A stretch of DNA of 62,788 nucleotides, counting the filler, from Dugesia japonica (lineage: Eukaryota): the NCBI GenBank assembly GCA_001938525.1. It is 5 parts of 5 records of this genome, joined end to end, with 100 filler letters (N's around TTAATTAATTAA, not from the genome) between each part and the next. Parts side by side here need not be neighbours in the genome. Positions count along the whole stretch, not along the records: positions 43,374 to 53,800 come from MQRL01567673.1; positions 53,901 to 62,788 come from MQRL01631636.1; 3 more parts are not named here. The stretch is one strand, 5' to 3'. Within the stretch, counting starts at the first letter, position 1. Each line of letters starts with the position of its first letter. Both the position numbers and the translations under genes were made by a program. Shown here in pieces: positions 51,400 to 62,788 of the stretch. The notes beneath the pieces are model-generated. The model was not told the origin of the DNA. It saw only the letters and a program-made list of their open reading frames with translations, and did not search any database.

Positions 51400-52760
51400 T
51401 GGAGACTCAAAAAAATTTTATTTTTAACTTTAAAATCTCATAAACTAGTTCTATCCTCGATTTGCTGTGTTCTTAAAGATTATAAAACAACAAGTAAAAA
51501 AAAGACCTATTGTCAAAAATTTTGAAACTCCGTCAACTGCATTATTCAAACCTACGACAGATTGTTTAAGATCAATATTGAGTTGTATTCCGATATATTT
51601 GAAGAAAAGTTATAAGTTTGTTAAATAAATAAAAATTTGTGAATTGAAGAATGATTTTGGTTCATTGAATTTAACCAGTGAAGGATCTGAAAATGTCATT
51701 CATATTGTGAGTGATCATACCTATATTCTAGAAGTCACCAAAAATGATTTCAAATGTCTTATTAATTTGTGTCTTTTCTCTTTATAGTGTCTTTATCGGT
51801 GAACAGGTTTTTAAACAAAACACGTAGTCTTGAAATTGGTAATAATTTATCTCTTATTCCGACGATAATTTTTATGAACTTCATTGAATGTCTAAGCAAA
51901 GAAGAAAATACGTTTAGATACATTATACGTAGATGATATTTTCTTTGTTACTAATTCTCCTTTAGAAAATAATTTTAAATTAGCCAATAGTATTAATGAT
52001 AACATCAAATTCACTTAGGAAAAGTCAATTGATTTTTAGATTCCTTTTCTGGACACTTTAATCCAAGAGAAACCTGGTGGAATATTAACTACTCAATTAT
52101 TTATGAAAGCATTTCACAGTGGGCATAAATTACTTTGAAGTAGAAATACTACCATCAGATAGAAAATTGCAATAATTAAGAGTAAAAGAATAAGAGCTGA
52201 AAGATTATCTTCAAATGAAGAAATGAAATTGACTTCTCTCAAAATGATAAAAAAATGAATTTCTAAATAACAGCTACCCAAATAAAAATATATCAAAAAT
52301 TTTATCTTTGAATACAAAAATAATCAAATCAAACCAAAAACAAACACAGCTATTAAGTTATAAAATCAAAACTCAAACACAATNNNNNNNNNNNNNNNNN
52401 NNNNNNNNNNNNNNNNNNNNNNNNNNNNNNNNNNNNNNNNNNNNNNNNNNNTAGTCCAAATGCATTTCTGATGGTAGAAATATATAAACAATAAGAAAAA
52501 TATTACTTATAAAATAACATGCACCTTATGTAAGGATACATATATAGGAGAATTATGCAGAACCATACAAAAATGAATTAAAGCCCATCTCAAACGGAAA
52601 GAAAGTGAATTCTTCCAACACTTTCAACAGAAAAATAAAAATTCACCAGAACCACACTGCAAAACATGAAAACAGGTTACATTTCTACACTTCAAAAGAA
52701 GAAACATTGAGAAATTTTGATCAAAGAGGATAAATCTAAAATCAATGCAGTTTATAATAA
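51400..52760 (+). mobile_element. Decayed Penelope-like retroelement (RT + GIY-YIG)
   Basis: KRPIV, FKQ...EIGNNLS, YVDDIF, NIKFT*E...IPFLDTLI, EFLNNSYP, then ITYKITCTLCKDTYIGE.CRTIQK*IKAH. Confidence 0.88.
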
Positions 52761-53800
52761 TTATAATAATACGAATAAACTTTAAAAATTTAATTTAAAT
52801 TGAATTAAAANNNNNNNNNNNNNNNNNNNNNNNNNNNNNNNNNNNNNNNNNNNNNNNNNNNNNNNNNNNNNNNNNNNNNNNNNNNNNNNNNNNNNNNNNN
52901 NNNNNNNNNNNNNNNNNNNNNNNNNNNNNNNNNNNNNNNNNNNNNNNNNNNNNNNNAATAATAACGTTTTTTTTGATAATTAATAAGTTTTTAAAACAAA
53001 TAAATAAAATTCAAAACAATAACACAAAAGTGAAAGTATAAATAGATGATGAAGAGAGATTTATGGTTTTAAGTAGATTTCAAGAGTTGATTTCAAGTAA
53101 GAACTATGAGATTTTTTACAGATTTTTTAAATAAAATTGGGGATAAAAAATAAAAGTAGAATAATAGAAAATATTTTATTGTTTAGATTATCAAATGATT
53201 TGTTTTATTTCGCCCTGAATTATAAGAAATTATAATTTTGAAGATGTTTTTTTTATAAAAAAAAATATAATCATTTATGCAGACAAAATTTTAATGGACC
53301 GCTGTGATTAATAATGACATTGCTGTGACATTTGAATCGGGGACAGTGATTATGTAGATTTTATTAAATTTTCAAAATGAAACACTCGTGTCATGAAATC
53401 GTTTTTGCCAAACACAAAATTATTGGAAAGCTTACTAATGGTTTCTTTCAAACAAATCGGGGGAAATAAATGTAAATTCAGAGTGTAATATTTTGGTGAT
53501 AAATAAGATTTTAATTTAAATTATTTATTTATATTGTAATATGTTAAATTGGTCTTTTAAATATTTTTATTAATTTGTATCATTGATACAATCTAGATTT
53601 TTATTTTCATAATTTTTAAATATTGATGTATATATATATATATATGTATATATAAATATATTATATTATTATTTATTTCTTAAAATTATTTTCTTAATAA
53701 CTAATAATTTTTTATTTATTGTTATTTATTGTAAAATATATGAATTCTTAATGTTCTTTCTATATTTATCAATGAGCAAGATAAAATTATTATTATTATT

Positions 53801-53900
53801 NNNNNNNNNNNNNNNNNNNNNNNNNNNNNNNNNNNNNNNNNNNNTTAATTAATTAANNNNNNNNNNNNNNNNNNNNNNNNNNNNNNNNNNNNNNNNNNNN
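53801..53900. other. Artificial contig linker
   Basis: N44-TTAATTAATTAA-N44. Confidence 0.97.
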
Positions 53901-55995
53901 GTTCATAATAAAATTAAGTTTCCTTGACATATTTATATTTGTAGTTGAACGATTGTAATTTTATTAATTAATCATAATTGGAAATTTATACAATTACATA
54001 ATTAAATGAAATTTGAAAAGTAGATTAATCATTATTCACATCCAAAGATTTTTCTTAAAACCACGTTGTAAAAACCAATAATCACTAACTAAAATTACAA
54101 TTAATTATTTATAAATTTTCAAACTGTAACACATGTTTTTGAATTTAAATTTAAATTTAGTACTTTTACACTGGTAGCATAGTTTTTTAATAATAAAAAT
54201 ACTTTATTACTGCAGGCAAAATTTTATAATTTAATATGTATGTACAAGTTCAAGCATCAAATTTATAATTTTTGGATATTTTATTTTTTTATTTCTGTCC
54301 AAATATGAGGTTGATGTTCTTATAAATNATCATTTAAACAAAATATTTTAAACAGCATTTTCGTGAAACTGGTCGAAAACACAAAATTTTACAATATTTT
54401 TTTACTGGTTAAAATAGAAAATTATTATTTAAAAAAGATTTAAAAAAATGCTTTGAACAGCTTTTAAAAACTTCCAGCTCACCTCTTCAGAACATTACTA
54501 TTGATTTAATATTTTAATAATTTTCGTGGGAAAAGCCGTCATCGGGAAAATGAATTGAGTAAAATGGTCGGCAACCAATTTTTACAATTTCTAAAGTGAA
54601 AGAGCGTAGTATATAATTGTTACCGATATTAATTCAAACTATAATTTAAAATGAAATAAAAGCTTAATGAAATATATCTTCAGCAGTATTAGTAGAATTT
54701 ATTATTGGACAAAATTTGAATATCATATTGATAGTGAAAAGTAAAACACATTTTATTTACATTAACGTACTATTAATAATAACTATATAATAATACTATA
54801 TAATAAGTACTATATAAAAATAATAATAATTAATTATTACTAGAACTATTATAAATGAATCAACCATATAACTAGATACAACGAGAAAAAATAATTATTT
54901 TATAGGTTAATTAAAATGAATTTACAAAAGAGAAAATTCATTCACATTTGTTCTACGGAAAGTTTTTCATCTCACGATATCATTGAGACATTTTAATTAA
55001 TTGCATCAAAAATTTTAAAANTTTTTTGAATTTTATATAATTCAGTACCAAAATAAGAAAAAAACTTAAAGATTTTAAATCGAATATTAATTATATAAAA
55101 TTAATTAATTATAAATTTATTAATTATATAAAATTGTATCAAATTAAAAAATTTTATTAATATAATTCAAATAAAAAATTAGCGCAAAAATAAAAATTTG
55201 AAAAATAAAATCTAAAATAAAAAAAATTAATTAAAATCTAAAATAATTCGTACTAGGCACACTAAAAATACGAGCTAAATTTATTTAATTGTACATAAAA
55301 ATTGGAACCGTGTAAAAAAGAGTTGAGTGAAATTGGAATCATTATTATAATAAGTAATTCAAGAAAAATAAATACTTTTGTTCCATAGCATGTTTATCAT
55401 TTTGACGTAATCCTGTAAAACAAAATTTAATGTAACTAATACCTTTCTAAAAGGATCACTAATTCTAGCTTTATTACACCTAAAGTATTTAAATTGATAC
55501 AAAGTATTATTTTTCTTCGCTAGGCAGACAATTCAGATTTTAATGAAAGAAAATTTTATCACCGAGATTTATTAAGTTTACTTTATTCTTAACAAATGTA
55601 AACTATATATTCAAACCATTATAAAGATTGTTAGACAAACCATATTTTTATTAACACGAGGCTATTATTGTCAACCAGAATTTATTCAAATGAGCTTTTG
55701 AACGATAAAAACAGATTCAACCATCAATAAATCTCTTTATAGCATAAGATCTATGATACATATGAACTANNNNNNNNNNNNNNNNNNNNNNNNNNNNNNN
55801 NNNNNNNNNNNNNNNNNNNNNNNNNNNNNNNNNNNNNNNNNNNNNNNNNNNNNNNNNNNTAACAATTTTTCTCCACAGTAATTCAGTTTTGAATATCTTA
55901 TTTACTTCATTATCAAAGCATTTGAAAAACATATAATATATTTTGTACTATTTATTAAAATTTGAAAATATTGAATATCACAAACTTGTTACTAA

Positions 55996-56208
55996 AAATA
56001 AAAGCTTTGATCATTTTTTTTGTTTTTGATAGTATTTCGAATTTTTGCCTTCGTCAGGAAAAAATTCAATTCCTGACGAAGAAAAAGTCAAAAATTTGAA
56101 ATACTATAAAAAACTAAAAAAAATGATCGAAGCTTTTATTTTAATGAAATCTGAAAAACGATGAATGGTTACGTCCAACGATTATTCTCGCAATAATTGT
56201 AATTGTAA
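55996..56208 (+). mobile_element. Fold-back hammerhead element
   Basis: Arms cttcgtcaggaa / ttcctgacgaag and a complete family tail. Confidence 0.85.
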
Positions 56209-56292
56209 AAATAATTTCTAAACATCAGAAAAATATTTATCAATCATATTAATTAGCTATAAATTATTAAAATTTATTTTTACAATGAATTT

Positions 56293-56451
56293 AAAAGTAA
56301 TTCCTGAAGAAAACAAAGTCGAAAATTCATAATACTATCAAGAACTAAAAAATATAAACAATATTTTTATTGAAGCTTTTAATTTAATGAAATCTGAAAT
56401 ACGATCAATGGTCAAGTCCAACAAATATTCTCGTAATAATTGTAATTGTAA
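56293..56451 (+). mobile_element. Hammerhead-element family, single-arm copy
   Basis: attc-CTGAAGA-aaacaaagtc-GAAA-ATTC plus family tail. Confidence 0.8.
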
Positions 56452-57294
56452 AATTTAGTATATAATAATCAAATGTTTTTTTAAAAATTGATTTGTTAAT
56501 TAATAAATGAAATACGTAATTTAAGCATCAACGAGCTATTTTCAGTACACATAACAAGATTAATTTTATTAAAAGCACTAGTACAAAAGAGCTTATTCAA
56601 AAAATTAGTACACTAAAAAGTTTTTAAACTAAAAACAAAAAATTAACTATATATATTAAAAATATAAATTTCAAAAAATATACTACTGACAAAAATGAAG
56701 TATCTTAACATTATCTTTAATTAAATAAAAAATTTATTCTGGAATGACCAACACACATTTTCAAATTATATATTAGCAGATTTATTTAACGGTTACATTT
56801 AACTATTTGGATTTTTGTTAGTGGATTTTCGTTGTGATTTCCACTCGATCTACTATCTCCCTTAATTTTTATGTACTCTAAAATTGCATTTATAAACCAA
56901 ATTAGAAATCAAACCAATTAATATTCTTAATTTAATACTAAAACATTTNNNNNNNNNNNNNNNNNNNNNNNNNNNNNNNNNNNNNNNNNNNNNNNNNNNN
57001 NNNNNNNNNNNNNNNNNNNNNNNNNNNNNNNNNNNNNNNNNNNNNNNNNNNNNNNNNNNNNNNNNNNNNNNNNNNNNNNNNNNNNNNNNNNNNNNNNNNN
57101 NNNNNNNNNNNNNNNNNNNNNNNNNACACACACACATATATATTGATAGTTTCCATAGCAACGTGATTTTCTCGTTATATTTCCGACAAGTAAACATATA
57201 CATAAAAATGACTATTAATAAATAGTAAAAGAAAATTTTGAACAATTAAAATTAATTTATGAATTCTAAATTTGCCAATTCAATTTTGAATTAC

Positions 57295-57421
57295 TTTAAG
57301 ATATCCAGTCTGATCGATAAGAATATTTTCTGGTTTTAGATCTCTGTAAACTAATTCTAAATGATGTAAATATTCGAAGCCCAAAACCACTTGACTGGCA
57401 TAGAATCGTGCATGACTTTCA
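57295..57421 (-). CDS. PRKACA: cAMP-dependent protein kinase (PKA) catalytic subunit, internal 127-nt exon
   Basis: Boundaries ttcag|T and AAA|gtaatt. Translates (S)[42 protein letters not shown], the PKA-C catalytic loop. The symbol is family-level; the paralogue is not resolved. Confidence 0.9.
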
Positions 57422-58953
57422 CTGAATAAAAATAAATTTAAGAAAACTTTGTGAGAAAAATTAATCTAAACAAATATCAATATTTAGAGTAAATCAGATT
57501 AAAATACGGTCAATATATTCTAAATTTTAATAGGCTAAATTTGCCAATACAAATTCCATTTGTACTGTAATATTAGAAAAGTATATCAAAATGAAAATTA
57601 GAACAAGACAGAAAATACAGACACACATGTACTGCAAAAAAAGTTATAACGCTCTTTGATTCTGTCCAATCAATAAACAAGAGTTTCTCTTCTGATCCGG
57701 GACAGTGTTTTTGCATTAGTATTTTGGGATAGAAAATATTAACAGCAATAGACAAGCAGATTTTGGAATGGAAAAAAAGCTAAGATAATTATTTTAAATT
57801 TGCGTCCCTATAGTGAAAACAATCGATATTTTATTATAGAATGCCAAGTTAAAATTATTTTACACCAAATATTTTGATAAATGGAAACAAATTGAAAAAA
57901 TTTCTGACGAAAACTGATTAAAAATAATTGTTCGTTTAAAGGTTTTGATATTTTAGGAATTTTTACTTAATTTGTTGTTGCGATAATTTGCTGTTTAAAA
58001 ACAATTTTTAAATACATAAAAATAAAAAAATCCGAAAAAAAATTTTACAAACCAAAGAATTTGTAATTAATAAATTGTAGTTTATTAGTCCATAAAAATT
58101 ATAACTAATGTTATTTTATTACTTCAGGCAATCCGGGATGAATTTGATTAGTGTAAATAGATGCGGTAAATTGCAATTACTTTTTCTCAAAATATTGTAT
58201 AGATTTTTACTTTCAAATAATAATTTGATTGAATGCACACATACAATTAAAAGATTTATTACCAAAAGTAGTTTATTTATTTCTTTTTATTTTAATAATA
58301 GAAATTTAAATACTAATAATTTAAATTATAAGATATCATTTCATGATTTGTCTTAATTCGAGAACTAGTCTATTTGAAATAATATTTGCTACAGATAAAT
58401 AAATAATTTTTGTTTCACAGAAGTTTTGTAAAATGATAATTTAGAGTAAACTATAGGTATCTATCAATATTTATGTTTAATTTTCCAATATAATTTTCGA
58501 ATGTCTTAATTATAATCTGATATATTTCATCATAACTATTTCAAAATGGAAAATAATTCACATTATGTTGAAGTTCATCCATTGAATTGGTTAAATCAAT
58601 ATTATGCGTACAAGATAGAGACTTTAAAGAATTACAAACTTTATGTAACTACGTTAAAAATTAAAATAATAATAACAATTTTATATATATATATATATGT
58701 TAAAAAAATTTTTAAATTATAGCTTAATTAATAATTACATTGAAAGTATATTGAATATATTATATTATTGAAGTGCATTTCTCAAGTTATCTATTAAGGG
58801 AACATTTTAAATGAAAATCGCGCATACTCCAAAAATGTTCTAATTTATGAGTTATTTAATGAAAAATAAAAATTTTAGTTAATTATTTACTTTTTTAATC
58901 CTTAAAATTTAGCGTTTTATTCAGACCATTGTGAAATTTTTAAACTAATAAAA

Positions 58954-59075
58954 TTTGATTAAATTAAAAGCTTCGATCAAAATATTGTTTTTCTTTTTTT
59001 TATATTTTTAAAATTTTTTAGTTATTTGTATTATTTTGAATTTTTGACTGTCTTCATCAGGAATTGACTTTTTTC
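58954..59075 (-). mobile_element. Hammerhead-element family, isolated arm
   Basis: aaaagcttcgatcaaa...gactgtcttcatcaggaattgactttttt. On the minus strand this reads CTGATGA-A-GAC-A-GTC-AAAA-ATTC. Confidence 0.75.
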
Positions 59076-59121
59076 ATGTAAAAATCGTCATTTTGGACGA
59101 GTTATACCCAGTAAAATTAAC

Positions 59122-59185
<64 letters not shown>

Positions 59186-59235
59186 NNNNNNNNNNNNNNN
59201 NNNNNNNNNNNNNNNNNNNNNNNNNNNNNNNNNNN

Positions 59236-59297
<62 letters not shown>

Positions 59298-59302
59298 AAT
59301 AA
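59122..59302. repeat. (AAT)n microsatellite with N gap
   Basis: Seen directly. Confidence 0.95.
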
Positions 59303-59309
59303 TTTTTTA

Positions 59310-60690
59310 GAATTTTTTTGATCTTCTCAACGTTTTTTTCGAGATTTTTTCCGTTTGTATCTTCAAGGATATAACGTCTGTTGTGAACCTTTCCTTTGAT
59401 CTTATAGGGTTCTTCAAAACGATCTTGGTTCTTGTTTCAACTTTCACTAAGACCTCACCACCAACCTAGAATTGTCTTTTGGTCAATATCTCTTTATCAT
59501 GTTCTTTGTGCTCTCTTTGAGAATCTGTTTCATACCATTTTTCTTTGCTTAATCTCTTCCCAAATACGATTTCAACAGGGCTTTTTCCGATGGTTTTTTG
59601 TTTTGTAGCATTCAAGGTAAATTTTATTTCTAGCAATACATCCGTCCAATTTGAGGTTTTCTTTCTTTTAGTGTTGAATTTATCATATCCCGCATAATTT
59701 TAAAATGTCTTTCAATTTGTCTATTTGTGTTATGATGATATGGACTCGAAAACCCGAGGGTAATTTCATCTTCAGTTGCAAAATCTTTCATTGATTTAGA
59801 CTCAAATGCTTTCCCACAATCAACTCCAATTCCTCTCGGACATCCAAACTTTAATATCCACTTCTCCATTATTGCTTTTCGTATGGTATCTTCATCTTGT
59901 CTTGTNNNNNNNNNNNNNNNNNNNNNNNNNNNNNNNNNNNNNNNNNNNNNNNNNNNNNNNNNNNNNNNNNNNNNNNNNNNNNNNNNNNNNNNNNNNNNNN
60001 NNNNNNNNNNNNNNNNNNNNNNNNNNNNNNNNNNNNNNNNNNNNNNNNNNNNNNNNNNNNNNNNNNNNNNNNNNTCCAGCATGACACAAAAGATGGTGTA
60101 TCCTTATTATAATCTCTTCTACTTTATCATCCGGTATCCATGTTCTTTCATCATTTTCACCAAAATTGCCTTGTTTCTCTTGAATATCAACGGTATTTAA
60201 CATCCTTGTTTTAAAATTTTCACTCTTGGGATCCTCATGTGACCTCAGACCTTGCGCACATGTATCGCATTTACTCATTGATAAAATATCCGCATTTGTA
60301 TGAAGTTTTTCACCACCACTTTGATAGCTTACAAAATTCTGTAAATCTTTTATTACACCTCTCACGCTCTCAAATGCTAATCGCAATCTCTATCAATATC
60401 CTTCCGCTTTCTTCAATGTTTCCATTAAATCTTCATCAAGCATATATGTTATCAAGCTCTCCTGATCTTTCTTAATAACGATGTTCTTCGCTTCGAATTA
60501 TATTTCACATCGTTTAATAATTTTTTCTAGATCATTGTCTCTGCAAATTATTTTTGGCAACAATCTCTCTGTGATCGCATCGGTTTTTACCGCGGCCACC
60601 ATGTTAGATGAGTTTGAAGTAATCACCGGATCATCAATATCAAAATTCAATTCCATAGCAAAATTTATTCACAACAACAACTATATCCAT
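59310..60690 (-). mobile_element. Internally deleted Ty3/gypsy element (LTR end, PBS, gag N-terminus fused to RH end and integrase)
   Basis: ...CTAACA|TGGTGGCCGCGG, then a gag-like frame running into HTNADILS..CDTC, IHHLLCHAG, WILKFGCPR..VDCG, SSPYHHNTN.QIER. Confidence 0.8.
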
Positions 60691-61119
60691 CATTATTTGT
60701 TTATTCAAACAAATTAAAACTCCATACTCTAATTGGAAATTATTTTTCAATAGATTTAAAATTTCAGATTTCATTCAAAACAATTTGAATATTTTTTACA
60801 AAAAATAATTTTAACAAATTTAAAATTTCAGATCAAACTTCCATTTAAAATAATTAATTAAATTTCTTAATTATGGGAGGTGTGAAATTTCACACTTTAA
60901 TATAAACAATAGATAATGACACTCGAGATGTGAATTTTCACACCTTTAAAATAACCAATATTAGGTGTGAAATTTCACACTTCAATTGACCTCGAATTAA
61001 TTATTTTGTTTTAATTAACAACAAAAGATTGTAAGTAATTGTAAAATGACCCGACATTAATATTAATTATTTATTTAAGAATAAGAATAATTTGTATTAT
61101 TTAAACAACATTGAATATT

Positions 61120-62788
61120 TAAATAATCACTATTTTCTAATTTCCATCTCAATTGAAATTGAAACTCGTTTAAGCCATTTAATTTGTGTTCACTTTGGTT
61201 TATCTGGAAAATTCAGTAAAACTTGATGTGGACTTAAGAACTCAATAATCGTAAATGGACCTTTATATCTGTCTTAATGTTTGTGAAAATTATGAGGTTC
61301 TTTTTTTACAAGAACCTTTTCACAAACTAAAAATTGTCTGTGACCTCTTGTATCTGATTCGTGCTTTCTTAATTCCTCCGAAACTCATTTCAGTTCTACT
61401 TTTTTTTCATTTCTCGACAATCCATGTATGGACTTTTCGTACATACAGTACTTCAAATGGAGATCTTTTTATAGCGCTTTGATAGGTTGCATTAATAGAA
61501 AATTCAATCTTCGGAATGTATTTATCCCAAATAAAACTGCTCTTATCACTATTCATTGAAGTGACTGTTCTATTTACTCGCCCTGCTAAACCGTTCGCTT
61601 GACGTTGGTAAGGTGATGTTTATTCTTGTGTAATTCCAAATCTTCAACACAACTCGTTCATTTTGTTAGATTCCCAGATTAGATAAGATTGATTTTGTTT
61701 TTCCAAATCGGTAAATCCAATGGTTCTTCATAGCATCTGATATTTTTTTTTCATCTTGTTTGCAAAGAAGCAGTCAAACTAGTTTACCAAATCTATCAAT
61801 AATAACAAGCAAGTATTTTTGTTTAGACTTATACTCAGAAAAATAGGCCACATCTATAACAATTTGTTCCAATGGCCTAAATTCCTCTTAAGACAATAAT
61901 AGTTCTTTTGTTTGACCAATGTAGTCCTTTCTTTTACCACATACTATTTCACATTTTTGAATTTCGTGTTCAATATTTCTACTCATATCAGGCCAGAAGT
62001 ATATTTCTCGAATATATTCCACAAACTTATTACTTCTCAAATGACATAGTTCTTCGTGCAAGTATTTTACTAATTTTGATGAGTAATTTTCTGATATAAC
62101 GATTAGTTTCTCTATTGATCATCTTTAATTAAAATATTCCCAAATAATTTGAATTTATCTGTACTCTTAAAATATTTGCTTTTCTTTACTTCAGTGGTTA
62201 CATCATTATCCATGCCTTGTAACCATCGCGATATTGATCTTAGTATTCCATATATTTTTTATAACTCTTCCGTATTTTCGTCAAAAAATATATTTTTATT
62301 TAAACTGTTTATTAATCGAACTTTAGATTTATTCCATTTACCATCATGGTGTTTAGTTAAACATTGACTACACCGCTTTTCATTTATTCTGGACAGCCAT
62401 CAGTATTACTGTGATCCGTTCCTTTCCGGTATACTAAATCAAAATTAAATCCAGAAAGATTAGCAAATCAAATCTGAAACTGTGAACTAATTGGTTTATT
62501 TGTTTTTTTCTTATAAGTCAAAGCTTTATGGTTAGTCTTTATTTTAAAATTTTTCCAAATTAAATAATGCTTAAAATGCATAACAAATTCATTAATAGCT
62601 AAAAGTTCTTGTTTGCTTACACAATAAATTTTCTCGTGAGAATTTGAAACTCTCGAAGCAAAACCTATGACTTCTTCATCGTCTTTGTAATCGCTTAGAC
62701 TTAAAACAGCTCCAATAGCTCCAAAACTTGCATCAGTCTCTAGAATCATTTCTTTGGATGGATCAGGAAATGCCAATATTGGTGCTGT
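61120..62788 (-). mobile_element. Ty3/gypsy relic (RNase H + integrase)
   Basis: LETDASFGAIGAVLS...ELLAINEFVMHFKHYL..KTNHKAL. Downstream IVIDV.G, IIDRFGK, TSPYQRQANGLAGR. Confidence 0.88.

Noticed and set aside
55376-55479. Two AG/GT-bounded micro-exon candidates on the minus strand
   Set aside because: The implied intron is only ~30 nt and the peptides do not match PKA or anything I recognise.
56860-56945. Possible GIY-YIG remnant (IGLISNLVYKC)
   Set aside because: Only a few residues match and the rest is deleted or under N. Too little to call.
60880-60980. CRISPR-like repeat-spacer array
   Set aside because: Only three 16-bp repeats with unequal spacers, in a eukaryotic context with no cas genes.

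Overview
Very AT-rich eukaryotic (metazoan) genomic DNA. A planarian or other flatworm is my inference from base composition, 50-70 nt introns and repeat content; it is not proven. The window is not contiguous: four identical 100-bp artificial linkers (N44-TTAATTAATTAA-N44) join five pieces, and other N runs hide sequence. Three host genes are recognisable: the 5' exons of an SLC26 anion transporter (+, 5018-8250), an intronless glutaminyl-tRNA synthetase lacking the eukaryotic N-terminal domain (-, 38515-40182), and one exon of a PKA catalytic subunit (-, 57295-57421) that the ORF track misses. The rest is mostly decayed transposons (Ty3/gypsy, Penelope-like, Tc1/mariner, pogo, hAT, MULE, MITEs) and satellites. 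The most interesting signal is a family of about ten short fold-back elements. They carry a minimal hammerhead-ribozyme motif (CUGANGA-A-stem II-GAAA-palindrome-UH) and a conserved 3' tail, and four copies have 11-14 bp target-site duplications. They look like non-autonomous Penelope-type retroinsertions whose palindromes form anew at each insertion. The second signal is the GlnRS locus: an abrupt GC/CpG-rich 3' half, followed by a tandem array of decayed copies of its own 3' end that keep AT-rich synonymous codons.
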